DNA of 64,000 bases from Tubiluchus corallicola (taxonomy: Eukaryota; Animalia; Priapulida). Shown piece by piece: positions 1 to 13,800 of this stretch (position 1 is the first letter of the stretch; every line of letters starts with the position of its first letter). A program made the translations under genes and the position numbers. Where the stretch lies: contig JAQGDQ010000022.1 in the NCBI GenBank assembly GCA_030141605.1, positions 372,001-436,000 of the forward strand. The letters are read 5' to 3'. The notes below the pieces were generated by a model. The model ran no database searches. It was not told where the DNA came from and saw nothing but the letters and a program-made list of their open reading frames with translations.

Positions 1-2349
1 TGCTAAAGGCTAAATGGTTCCAGGATCTGTGGAGTCAAAATCTAGCCAGAATGGAGATCGGAGTTAGTGGAAAGATTCTAGCCAGAGCGGAGACAGTGGT
101 TAGTTGGAATGGAGTCAGAGGTTAGTCAGAGCAGAGCAAGCAACAGCTAGAGTGGCGACAAAGGCTTCATGAGTAAAGAAGGATCAAACGAAGTGGCAAG
201 CCTCATGGCAGCTGAAGAAATGAGTAACTTCTCTTATTTCATTTTTACCACTGGTCAGTTTTTGGATATTTGTAAAAGTTCTGGAAATTTTGTATGGGCT
301 GGGATGTTCACAAATTATTATTGATTAAAATGTTTTGATATTATTTTTATAGCAGAATAGTATTTTACTATTTGGTGTTTTGACTAGTCTGCTTCTCTAA
401 AACTTGATGTGTTTTTCACGCAAACAATCACATTAGGGGTATCTCAGCAAAAGAACACCACACTTTTCTTCAAAAGAAAAAAGCCTTAGTTGCTCATAAA
501 TAGTTTGATTGTGTTAAAGTCCATACGGATCATTAGTCCCAGTTGGCTATCACCTAAATAGGGCTAAATCATTGCGTAGCTCATAATCGGAATGTAAAAG
601 TAAATATTTGCATGGTAACTGTGAGTTCTAATGTTTTTAATTTTGTAATTTATATAAATCATTATATGGACCTGTAAATAACAGTAAAGCTAGAATTTTA
701 CTCACTATAAAAAGATCTTGCCCTGCAAAGCCTTTCACTACCTTAGATAATTTCAACATGGTGACGTGGGGTGGAAATAACATCCCTCAAGCAACTGCAT
801 TTAGTACATAATACGTGACACATCCAAGTGATTTACAACACTGTAAATTTCTGTTTTTTTTAAAAAGGCAGTGGCTAAAGGTACGGATTTGTACTTGTCT
901 TTTCTGATCCGTATTCGTAGTTATTTTGCAACAAATACGGATCCGTGCTTTTTGTGACATTTACAAAGCATACGGCGTTTGACCATGTGCCCTGCACATC
1001 GTTGAAAAGTACATGCCCTCTTCATGAAAATGGTGATATGGCATTATACAGCCTGTAGCCGTACCATTTTTCTTCGGTACCATTTTTCTTCGTGATATAA
1101 TAGTTACACTGTAAATATTAGTTAGTCTGCTTTTATTGTCTTGCAAATTGTTAGCTTTGATTTAGTGTTGCATAAGCTACCAATTAATAGTTTGTTTGCT
1201 TTATTTTATTTATTGTTACAAAAACTTTAGTATTTTGATGTGTAGTAGGCCAGTTTGCAAGAGTTTAAATCTTAATGTGTTATGAATTTCTTAGAGTGCT
1301 GTAATATGATGACCTACCAGCCTGTATTTTTCTATAGAGTGTTGTGAATGCGATAACCTACTAACTGTATTTCTCCTTAGTTTGAGTTGTGATTCACTGA
1401 CTTGTCAAACATAGCAAAAATTTCTAGTCTTTATGTAATATACAGTAGGTCCAATTTATAAGAGTTGCTGAATTGTTACATGCACCTGTTGCCAGGTATG
1501 CTATGAATATTATAACATGCTACTATTACTTGCTTGGTTTATTATTTTGTTTGTCATTCTAAACATTTTAAAGCATCTTTATGTGAACCAGGTCCCATAT
1601 TAATTAGTTATTTTATTATTTTGCTTATCAAAGCTGTACAAAAGTCAATGACTGCCATATTCCAATTCAATTTTTGTAGTGTTTTATACGTCATTTCTAT
1701 TAAAAAATAAAAAGACCATTTTTCAAATTTGCATTTAACTAAAGGCTGCAATAAGTATAATTACGTTCGATTGTTACATTAATCCACTTTATATTGAGTT
1801 AAAACATCAAGTTACTTCACTTTCTCTGTGATTCCTCGGGGCTAAAGGTTTGAACAGGGCGAGACTTATAATGTGTAATGTATAAAGCTAGTTCATGAAA
1901 ACTAGTTAATTCGCTGATTAGAAAGCAATAATTTCTATTTGTGAATTAAAACCTAAATTTTGTATCCTTAATGCCGAAAAACAGTTACAAAACTCCTTAC
2001 TGAACTATTTCGACCACTTAAAGACCTCAAATACCTATTGCTTGAAGCGTTTTTGACCCATGAACCTGTCAAAAAAATTTTGCGCACTGTAGGTGTAGAA
2101 TACTCATTTAGTAATGCAGTAAAGCACTTTGATACTTCAAAAATAAACTTTCAGAATTTTGCATTTTGTAAAAAAATGTTCTAACTGAATAATTAAATTC
2201 TAATAATGAATTTGCAGACAATGGCTCACTGTTGTTGCACTTTCCTTAGAGTTACATGTAAAGTAGCAGAACTCCAGTAAAAAACATTTTATAATTATTA
2301 ACAATTAAAACGGGCATGCACAGTAATAGGATATTCACACTCTTTATAA

Positions 2350-3973
2350 AGGGGGAATATCACTGCCAGCAGCAGCAGCTTTTACTGAATTAAAGCTATA
2401 AAGTTATAGGCAGAATATAATGGATGACGTCAGAGCAATGGCTTTGCATCAGCAGTTTTCTAAGCGAAAATTACCGAAAATAGAACATCTAATTAACTCG
2501 TCATCACTCCTCTTTGTGGACCTGTCCTAACATATAGCCCACATCATCGTGTAGCCCTGTTCTTCCTCTTTCTAAAGAGCCATATATCTCTTTCCGAGAG
2601 TCCCACCAGGCGCCGCTAATACGTTTTTTCCGCAGGCTGTTTGGTCAAAATTTCGCGAATGGCCCTCTCGCGAATTCTAAATATTAGAATTCTAAAAATC
2701 CTACTACACCCACCGCTAAACGGCCTATCTATCCATAGCTGGCACCACCCATGGCCCGTTCCCGTTCTCCAGATCACAGACATACAACTTTTGCAAAAAA
2801 CAGCCATTTTTGGAGGCTTTTTCGCCCCCCGTTCCTCCCGGTGGACCTGATTCGAAAAATAAACCCCCAATGGCACGACACTAGATCGGGACCTTTCGTT
2901 TGATGTATAGATGTATAGACGCAAATGGTGCAGTCATCCGAGCTGTAGCCTCGAATCTTATATATATATATATATATAAATATATATACCAGTAGAATTA
3001 ATATATGTATTATATGTATATGTATTATTATCATTAATTTTTATTTCAGTCCAACTGATCACAAGAATTTTATTTAATCCTAATATTTTAATAATACTGC
3101 TGCGTAAAAATAAACACAACATGTTGTTATCATGTAAAAACAAAAACTAATGAACGACGGTTAAAGTTCTGGTTGATATTAAAAGTCTTAATGATTTAAC
3201 TAACTGAAACATGACAAAGTTAAAAATGTTCATATATGTTTAATCAATAAGCCTACAGCTAATATGTTATAGTCACTCTGTCCATGGGGTTCACATATTT
3301 TTTGTCAAGGCTGATAAAATGAAGCTGTCACCAAAAATTGTCACACTAGCATTATAGTTATGCTTCAGTGAGTTTCTCTGTGTTTACAAATTCATTAATT
3401 CTTCTAGCAGAATGAAGTTACTATATCGGACTTGTTTTACAAGAAAAGAACTTTTGTTGCCAAGGCCCACACTTTTGCTGCTTGTATTGTTGACAGTGTT
3501 TTCAATTAATACCACAAGAATTTTCACAACATGCTGTAGGCCTAGTTTTGTGCAATGATTGTTTACACTCTATTAGAATACACCATAATGGACCTATAAC
3601 TTTTGACGGTAGTAAAATATATCACTTTTGATGAAAACATGTTAACGAGTGCAACGACAATCGTTTCTATCAGCTGACTACCTATCCGAACCAAGGTCAA
3701 ATGATGTAATGTAGTAATAACAGCTTTATTTTTAGCCCAGTTGTGTGTGACAGTATCACAACAAGCTGCAGGTACACTCTGCTACGTCATCAGCAGAGCT
3801 GCGTTAGTTCCACCAGGAGAGGTGTAAGTGCAGCTCCATGACGTTTCCCGTGAGATACAAAACAGTTAATTGCTCATTAATTAGACAACGTACTGCTAAA
3901 AAAACTTCGCCAAGTTGTTTCCGGGGAAGGCAACTATAAAATAAGTTTAACTTGATTTTCATGATATTCCCCT
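2350..3973. mobile_element. Non-autonomous TTAA-type (Kolobok-like) element, nested
   Basis: Left end ataa|AGGGGGAATATCA, right end TGATATTCCCCT|ttaa. Confidence 0.45.
2437..2855 (+). repeat. Dispersed repeat family copy A (homologous to 45057-45526), followed by (TA)n at ~2958-3025
   Basis: Collinear blocks: aatggctttgc.tcagc, ttctaagcga, tttctaaagagc, cacccaccg, cgttcccgttctcca, ggtggacc.gattc. Confidence 0.8.
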
Positions 3974-5714
3974 TTAAAGGTATTTATCAATAGAAATATT
4001 AACTAACGTCAAGCAAGTACACTAAAACTTATGTAATCTATTACATTATTAAATGTTCAAGTGCTAACAATGCTAATTAGTGAGATAAAACTGTTACAAT
4101 GGGAAGAATGGTATGTACTCAACTGACAATATAAACATATTCATATGAGAAAAAAATTAGAAGTTCAGCATAATATAAGAAAAAAGTTTTTTTAATCTAA
4201 TCCTGTTGCCTGTTGTTTTTCGTATGCAAACGGAGGATAAATGCTTCTTTCAATACCAAAAATAGGTAGACACTATGTTTACGCTATAGTAATAAAGCAT
4301 GACTCGCCCAGCGTAATATGACGGAGTGTTGCGCGCATTCACCGCATGTCCTAGCTAGAGATTACGTAGTAATATAGATATCTATGAGGATATTCAATTT
4401 CACTCAATTCACGGATCTTTGGGATGCGGATATTTACAATTATGGATTTTGAGGTTGTGAATAAACAAGAAAGTGATATATTGCCCCTATCTGACGGCGA
4501 TCCTCATTTTTCTCGTCAACATCTTTCGCGGTACGGCGATCCGTATTTTCTCGTTAATATCGTTCGCCGTACAGATCAATCCGCAGTTTTCTGGTGAATG
4601 CTATCGAGACACGGATCCGTATTTTTAGTTGCTGCAGTTCCGGATACGGATCCGTACCTTCAGTCACTGCCTGGCTTTAAAAAAGCTAGTTGAAAAGTAG
4701 TTTACGTAATTATAAAATCATGTAATTTGTAAACAGATGCATTTTTCCAAGATATATAATAGTGGCACGTAAACTATAATTACTTAAGTGAGAAGAACTT
4801 GCTTAAATATTATATTAATTAGTAGTCACGTTATTGATAATGTTTGATCATTACCTAACAACCAAGACTAAGTTATATATCAGAAATCACTACATCACAG
4901 CGGCATGTTACCTGCAGCGTACTGATTAACAAGCCAAGTAAATTCCAGTTCACATCCCTGAATAATAAGTAGCGAAGCTGTGTCGGTATTACAGTAAATA
5001 ATGCTCTCAAAGTGAAGCAAAATTGATCACGGCCGCCATTTATTTACACCTGAAACAGCAGCACCATCTATGGAGTACGGACAGAGATTTCTGCATTGGC
5101 GTTGCTGCTAGGCTGTCTCGATTCTATTATTCTATCTTAGGCACTCCAGAGTTAAATGATTTAAAGTAGAATAAATGATTTAAGAATAAGCCTAATCCAT
5201 GAAGTGAGTAATTCTGTCAAAGTCTGTATTTGACATCTTCGAATATTTTTTTCATAATCACCACAGTTCATAAACTGCCACAGCAAAAACTAATAAGCCC
5301 TATTTTATATTCAAGTTTATTTTCATCCTAGATGTTACATTACTAGTATTTATTACCAAGAACATGAAAAATAAAAATGCTTCTCGCAAACCAATTTTCT
5401 TTTACAAGAACAGACTGAGTGACTATCCTTTTACAACCAGTTAGTTTGCTACAAATATTCGTAGTCAAACGTGGTGGTAACTGAAGCTGCACTAACCATA
5501 CCATAATCGTAAGGGAGTGTGAGAACAATTACTGTTTCATTCCAAATGATCTTTGGAAACTGTGAGGTTGAGTGCAATCATTTTAATTTTGCAAAACACC
5601 CACAACTGATAAATAGCAAAATACAAAGCAAACTCTACTTCAATAACCACCACAAAATGTCACGCTACATTATTAGAGCTAGGAGAAAACGAATGTGGCA
5701 TATTTAGGACTACG

Positions 5715-5720
5715 TTTATT
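5715..5720 (-). promoter_or_regulatory. Candidate polyadenylation signal of the SH3 gene (3' UTR about 2 kb)
   Basis: AATAAA on the minus strand at the end of a long U-rich tract after the stop; a second one lies at 5768-5773. Confidence 0.35.
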
Positions 5721-7689
5721 AAATAAATAAAACTGCAAACACAAACTGGTACAAGTATACAACAAATTTTATTGTAGCAAGTCACAGTGACTGGTTACAG
5801 ACAAAAACACTCGCCTGCAAGTGTCAAGCTAACCACAGTATTGAAAAACTGAAACACTATTAATGAAAACATAAATCAAACGTAATTACAATTCAAAAAG
5901 CAAATGTATTAAAAAGAAGATGATTAACATCTCTGAAAAGCATGGTTTGACCCATGAGATGCTGAAACTCATAAAAATTACGCTGGACTATTACCCAGGA
6001 CTGATATAGTAATTTATAATTATCAACATGCAAGTGACTCAGCTGACAATTCTCATAAAGCTTCTGATTAAAAGCAGCTTTTGCTTGGTAAAATATGTTA
6101 TCCAGCAGAAAAGCACACAGACTAAAGATATGATAAAAACGTATCTAAGCATATGCCACACGAACAGCTGCTAAAATGACCTGACCAAATGCTATAACCA
6201 AACACCCGGTCATTGAACACTGAATTCTGATTCCGAAATATATTTGAAAAATTCAAGTTGGTTCACCTGGCTGGCAATGTCTGCATCAATATAGTAAAAT
6301 ATCCCTAAAATGATTTATATATAAAAATACATATCTTCCAACCCCAAGATGAAATGACATTGTTTTGTATACATACAAAAAATTATTAATTTTAAATTAA
6401 ACTAAGTCAGTTGGTATGTTACACTGAGCAAGTATAGTGATATCGGGTAAATGATGATGCATAAAGAAAATGCACAGTAAATACAAAAATAGCTTTCTAC
6501 TACAAAAAATCACTTATATCAGGAAAAAGTTGAAAACCTGCTTAGCGAATTACTTGAACAAAGATCAAGGCACAACATAAATGATATAATATAACATGAA
6601 TTATTGTTACAGTAAAGCCTATTGTCAAAAATAATGCATTTGTTCCACAAGCATGCATTGACACCACTGTACAAATATAGAAATAATTTTTGTTTCACTC
6701 GGGAAACATTATTTACATAGCAAAAATGCATCGACCAACTGTCATTGACAAGGTCAATGAACGAATATGATTCTACTATTGTTTAGTTTTGCACTAATTC
6801 AGAGACCAATCTATGACAAACAAATTCACTTTGTTGCACTTCATACGGTAAACAGTAAACAATAAAGCTGATAACTATCCAAACTACATATCCAAATACT
6901 TCAAAAAGCATTTTTCAAAAATTCATTAAACAATATGAACTATAAGAAGTTACCACTTGATAAAACTGCTCAAACAAAATTGTGAACAGAGGACCACAAC
7001 AGGAACAACATACATCTTCATCCCACATACAAAACGCAGCACTAAAATAGCTCTCAGATGTCATGGTCTTTGGTTACCGTGGAGCTGCCTCAATATATTC
7101 ATTACAGTTTATAACAAAATATCATTAATAAATTATTTACAAAATAGGTATTCTGTAATTTGTGTATTAAATTATAATTGGCAAAAATCACAGAAATATG
7201 TATCATTAATTGTCGTTCATGCTATAGCTGTCGTCTAAATGAGTAGTGCATTTTCATGGCGTATTAACACTAAAGACTTTCATATATATAATGAACTGTT
7301 GAGCAGCACTAAAATGCTAAAACACTAAATTTTACAGGTTCATAATAAAAGTCAGCATAAAATATTACAACACTGAACAAATTAACAATGTCAGAATGTG
7401 AAATTCGCTTCGCGTAGTACCAAACAACATATTACACTGACAGCAGCTGCCAGATTAGCCTTCTGACAGCACTGCTCAAGGCGAATAAAGTATTAAGTTA
7501 AAAAAGATCACAATAGTGAGGACGAATACCAAAGGCAAATCAGCCAGTATCTCGTGCAGTGTAAAAATGACATTTTGAAATTTAACATCATTATGAGAAA
7601 AACGGCCATTATATCCCTCTATTTGCACATATTTGCTCTCTGATGCTCATCGGGATCCCGGACATTAAGATATATACGATAACAGCCAA

Positions 7690-7806
7690 TCACGTATTAC
7701 CTGCAACTTGCACATATGCGGTAGGAAATATACCTGTCTTACCATGGCAAACACCCTTAAGCCAGTTATCATTTACATTTTCAATCACTTCTATGTTGTC
7801 GCCCAT
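7690..7806 (-). CDS. SH3 adaptor last coding exon: C-half of SH3 #4 (MGDNIEVIENVNDNWLKG...GIFPTAYVQVAGNT*)
   Basis: Acceptor ttgttatag, TGA at 7692-7690. An internal GCAG|gtaata donor could replace the last three residues. Confidence 0.88.
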   Translation of the reverse strand: MGDNIEVIENVNDNWLKGVCHGKTGIFPTAYVQVAGNT

Positions 7807-10800
7807 CTATAACAACAAAAATGCTTGAGCAAACAGGTAACCAAAAGTTTCGCAGAAAATTTAAAATTTTAACGAAAAAGGCCTTAAAAGTAAAAGCAGT
7901 TTGAATTAGTAGGATTAAGAGTGAATTTTTAGTTACTGTTTACATTATCCAGGCCTACGAAATAAAAATCATATTTAAGTTTGTTTTGTAGGTCAGAATG
8001 AAAAATGAAATAGGTCTAAAAATTGCACACACTAAAAGTATGACTTACCTTGAAAGACAAGTCACCTTCAACACCACTGTGAAAGTCGTAAATTGCTCTC
8101 ACATTTACAGTCTTCTTCTTTGTTTGCGTGCCTGGGGTGAAAAAATGTGTCATATTAAATTACTGGAACTACACGAGATTTGCAAGTATAAAAAATAACT
8201 TATTACTGTCACTTTCAGGATGTTAGTCAATACAGTCCACATAATTATGTCATTACTCAAAAACATTATACCATAAAATTCATACATAACACGTCACATG
8301 TATTTCGGTGTGTGGAAAAACTTAACTGAATAATCAGATAATTCTCTCCATTCAATAGATGCTTAATATTAAGACTTAATAGTGCTTAAAATTTAGCACT
8401 ATTAAGTCTAGTAATAAGTGTGTGGGTGACCACATGATGGGTAACTATTTAACTACTTACCTTGTCAATTGAGGATGTATAGGATGTATACATATCTGAA
8501 TGAAGCCAATATATCTCTGCTGGTTCAGTATATCATCTTAGAGGATAATCAGATGGGTTCTGAGCCAATCATAGCCATCTACATTACGTAGGCTCAGCTA
8601 CTGAAAGCTGGGTCTTAGTATGCACTTTGCTGGGCTGTTTAAATACAAAAAATTGCCAGTGAAACACTTACGAGGTGCATAGTTGTCCAAAATTTGAACG
8701 AAGTTAACAGGGAACGCACCCTCGCCCTGGCCCTCAACACGCCCATGAAGCCAATCATCATTGACACTACTCAAAATTGTAATCTTGTTGCCTCTCCGGA
8801 GTGAAATTTCAGAAGGTGAAGCAGCGTCAAAGTCGAATAATGCTACAGCAAACAATGGAGAAGCCGGTACTTCCTATCGAAACAGTAAACAATGATAATT
8901 AAATTTACAATAAAATCAGAATTTGAAACACACATAGGAAGAATTCAGGTTTGTACATTTGTTATGCACTTGAAAAACATCAATTCTTCCTTATAGATGC
9001 ATTTTAAAGCCGAAATGTAATTTAGGCTGAAATTTCCTACGGAGTCTACAGCATCAACACTAGTCTCAACATCACATAATCTGATGCCTGCAAAACATTC
9101 AGCTAAAACATCTTTACCAGTTCGATGTCTCAACTTAGACGATGAAAATGAAATGAAAAAGAAACATGGCTTTTGGTGTTTCATTGTGAACATAACTTAG
9201 AAAACATCCCCTAGATTCCAGTAAATGGGGGAACTTATCTCAATCAGTGTATTGCATTTGCTAGATTCTGCTTTTCTTATAACCATGCACATTAAGTACA
9301 TGCTGCCACTAAGTGTTAGATACCAACTTGCAGAAGTCAAGCTGCACAAAAAACGTCTATCATGTGTCACAAAGTATGTACATAAAAACTAGCCGAAGTT
9401 AAGCTGTTTTCTAAATGTATTCCAGCCCAAGGAAAGCATTTTGCTTGTAGATTCGAGCTGTTCATCATCGTTGCAGGCTTTGCAAAAAGTTTTCTTACAA
9501 AAGACCAGATGTCATCAACAGTGCAAACAACTTTGTACGTCACAAAGTTGTTTGCACTATTGATGACATCTGGTCTTTTGTAAGAAAACTTTTTGCATGC
9601 AAACCTTAGGATCATAGATCTATGTGTGTAAATAAATCTATGCGAATATGTAAAATACATGTTAAACTTCGCATTACCTCCTTGGCAGCTGTAGCAGACA
9701 TGGTATCTACACTGTCATGTTCCATAGGAAGGTTTGGTGGAATATGGTTGATAAAATTTGCAGGAAATCTTCCAGTCAGGTTGTGCACTTTTCCTACTAA
9801 CCAGTCATCATTAATCCGAGCTGTAACTTCTATGGCGCTCCCAGCCTGAAAATCCAGTTTAAAATGATTTTAAAATATTTTATAATACAATGTCATCTAA
9901 AAACAGACTAATAATTTCTAACAGCAGACACTTTCATGTTCTTTAATGTGATTAAGAAAAATTAAGCTGCGTTCAATTCTCTATTAGTAATAATCAGATG
10001 CAATTATTAGAATTAAATTCATTTAATACTGAAACTGTATTTACTAATGCACACAAATGAAAATTTTACAAATATAAATACATGAAATTTAAAACGTTTT
10101 ATGAGCAAAAGAAGCCAAGTTTGTTGGTAGCAACATACCTTTCTTTATTCTTTTGCAAGTTTATTGGCAGTGTACAAAGGTATTTACACTGAGGTAAACT
10201 GCTCTCTAACCTAACTAGATGTAAAAAGTTAGAAAAAAACGTTACGAATGATAAAATGAAAAGTAGCAAAAGATTAAAGCAAATTTTTATCCATGGTGAG
10301 TATTTGTGACCACTATGGTTCCATCTGCAAAATCTTGAAATGTGCACATAAAATTACAATACCTTGAATGAAAGCTCCCCAGGCTCCCCTTGAAAATCGT
10401 ACAAGGCTTTCACATATTTATCAGCAACCTGCTGTGTTGCGGATTGCCACGTCTTAGACTGCTGTTGCAAAAATAGCAGATATTTATCAGTAATATAGTT
10501 TCAAGTGATCGCAACATAAACAAGTTAATAAGATACAAGCTTGTCCAAGCAAAACATTCCCTGCAAATTCTTTAACAATGTAAAAAAATTACAAGTCAAA
10601 AAGGCATAAAAATTTAACAGAACATAAATTAACAATGAATATACTTTTTTATACACAAGACAAAATTTGGTTGTAAGTTTTACGTTTTATTTTTGCTAAT
10701 TTTTTAAAAATGTGACGTATGTATAACAAAGCGAAGTATGTAGAATAATTCCAAAATTTGCTGTTCTAAATGAAAAAGAAACTCAGCTTTTGATGTTTCT

Positions 10801-13800
10801 TTCTGAACATAACTTAGAAAACAGCTGTGACTAAAATTCCTTACTTTTTAGCATATGGGAAAACTTATCTGTAAAACAAATCAAAGATGTTCCTGAACTG
10901 AAAAAACTTTCTTTAAGAATGATCTAAATTTCCACAAAATGAGATAAATTCAGTTATTGAGCAATTTGACCCATCTTTGGAATGAATGAAAAGGAAATGT
11001 ACACACAACAATTATTAAACCTCTCCACCCCATGCGACAGCAAATTTGAAGACTTTTCAAAAAAGTTAGAAAATGTGACGATTACCTTAAAAACCTGGAG
11101 AGTTTAGATCGTAAATATAAAAACAGATTATGATCACTGTGGCACGGAAACTAGTTTAGTTAAACATTGTTTTAAACAATTTTGTAGTAATGTCGCTAAT
11201 TCAAAGCAGCACAATGTTATGAGTTTGCTAAATTTTGATTGAGGAACACAATTGTTTTTCAAGCAAACTGAGTTTATTAAAGAAGCTGTTCTGCATTCTA
11301 AACTGGCTCGCAGAAGAAAAGTTTCGTACTGTTTTTATTGTTATTGAGTAAAAACTAAAATTTACTGATCTTTTTATTTATTGTGAGAAAGCAAAGGTGT
11401 ACCATGAGAGTTTAAGAAATGGTGTCATGGTCATGAGACTCACAATAAAACCATGAGATTGGAGAAGTCTCATTTTTTACTAAATAATGTAGATAAATAA
11501 AATATCAAAGGGTTAGTTTGTTTTTCAAATAAAGCAGTAAATTTTGGAAACACTTCCTATTCTTTGTTATGGAAGTACAATTTTAAACATCAGGTTTTTA
11601 AAACATTCTGCAAAAATAAAGCCTAATTTTTTCTCGTGTGTAAAATATATACATATCAATTGTTATTTTGCTAAATGTTTATCCTTTTGACTTCCGGACA
11701 ATCTTGTATTATGAAGACTGACAGAACATACTTCCAAAAGAAAATAACTATATATTAAGAAGTTTGCTAGTTAGACAAAGTTTGCTAGTACCTCGGTATC
11801 TTCGGCTAATGGAACTACGACTTTCACATGGCTTTTTGGAAATATGCCTATTGTACTGCTTTTCTTTCCATAAAACCAGTCCTCATTGACTGAATTTACT
11901 AATATTATGACATCGTCAGTTTGAAACTCTAGTTCATCTGAATGCTCAGCTTTGAAGTCATACAGTGCAATACAATGCGGGTCTGTCAGCTAGAAAACAG
12001 AAGAAAAGATTAAATTGCTGAGTATGAATAATATAGCAATGGCAACACTGTGAACACACAGCATGACATGAACAACTACAGTGTGTCAAATTACTATTAA
12101 TTGGCTTTTACTCTGCTTTAATTAGCTGTACAGTCTATCATATGTATTTGACCCATGCCCTTAACCAAGCTCAGGCTCCAGCAGAACATTGTTATGCTGT
12201 CTCTGCAGTCTGAAACGTCTCTGGTTTATGAGTTTGGATGCAGTTGCTTTTGCATTTCTAAATACTAAGTAAATCAGCAACTGCTTAGCACCCACCTTGA
12301 CCTTTTAAACTAGAATCACGTCATTTACTATAAAAATGTGCAGCAGCACAAAAATTGTAGCACAAGGTACCTAATATTTGGACTCCATCTTTTATATTTT
12401 GGCGTCCATGAGCTCCATTTATTTATCCGAGAAAAACAATTTCTATCCAAAGTACAGACACATTTAATCCGTACTTCCTTTATCACCCACACAAGAAAAA
12501 AATAAATGCAAAACTTTTAAGAAAATTTGATTTTTGACCTTGAACCTTAAGCGACACATTCACTGTATCTGTTCTTCCTTCACATCCCTGTTTCAATCAC
12601 TCTATGGCCTATTCTCTAACAACTGCAATGCTTGGCCGTTCTTACAGCAGTGAAGTTAATACGAAGTTTATGCAAGGATTTTCGCGTGAAAGACCAAATA
12701 CTGATGTTAGCAAACAGACTAAGTTTGTATATAAAGGTCATCAAAGTTTGTTTGAAGTGCCTTATCACTGACTAAGATCTGTGCTCATAATCAAACACGT
12801 ATGTCACCACAAGGTAATAAATACACACAAGGCAGTGGCACATTTTTAGTGCGCAGTTTTATCAGTTGTATAAATTTTATAAGTACTAAATGCTTCTGCT
12901 TGGCTTACTGTTTTCAACAGATCTAAGCACTACTTCATCTGAATTATACATTGAACTTCATGCCATATCATTAGCAGTGCAGACAACTTTGAATAAGTCA
13001 TCATACTTTAAGAAATATCATTAGCAGAATACAGTTATTCTTGCACCTAACCTACAAATATTTATCTGCACTTTTTTGTAAAGAGAACAGCACACCTTCT
13101 GTGTCGTAGTTTTCTTTGTGGCATGATTTGGCACACCTGAAGCCAGTCTTGGTGAAGGTAAAGAACTAAGAACTGACTTGGATGGTAGCTCAATTGAACT
13201 CCTGGAATTAAACAAATCTTAAACAGCTTAACACACGTTTTTAAACAGGACTGTTAAAAAACAGACAGCAAACCTAAATCGGGGACACAGGCTTTCCCTT
13301 GATAGAAATATCCTTAATCCATTAATTCAAAGGAAGGTAGTAAAGACCAAAGACCAGTTTTTCAAAATTTAAATCAAGAAACAACTACTAAACATTATAA
13401 GTGAATACATATCAGATTATAACCGAAAGAGTTGAAAAATACTGAACAATTGCACTTAATAGGAACATTACTTAGTAACTTCAATAACTCTGGAGAAGGA
13501 AACAGACTTCAGTAAGGCAGTTAACATTTCTAACAATAAAGCAATTATGTGTCAGTTTTTCACGTGCCTTTTATTACAATATAAAACAAAAACTGCTAAC
13601 AAAAGATAAACTATTTTAGTTCTAATAAAGTTCTGAGGCAGAAGTTCAAGCATAACTAATTAAATTACTTACTTGTCAGAGCTGCCAGACGAGGACGTTG
13701 ATCGAGTCGAGTCCTTTCGCTTCAGGTACGTGTTTGGAGGGCGAGGGGGTGGTTTTCTGGAAAAAAATGTAAAATAATTTAAGTCCACTTACTAATGGTG

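Larger units (their letters stand above)
865..4673. mobile_element. Decayed DNA transposon (hAT-like) or two inverted MITE ends; terminal inverted repeats GGCAGTG(G/A)CT(A/G)AAGGTACGGAT
   Basis: 867-947 matches the reverse complement of ~4610-4671; ACGGATCCGT-type subterminal repeats at both ends; flanks share tttaaa. Confidence 0.5.

Noticed and set aside
8453-8470. TACTTACCT resembling the U1 snRNA 5' end (also at 45621)
   Set aside because: The rest of U1 is missing; it is simply the complement of a 5' splice-site consensus.
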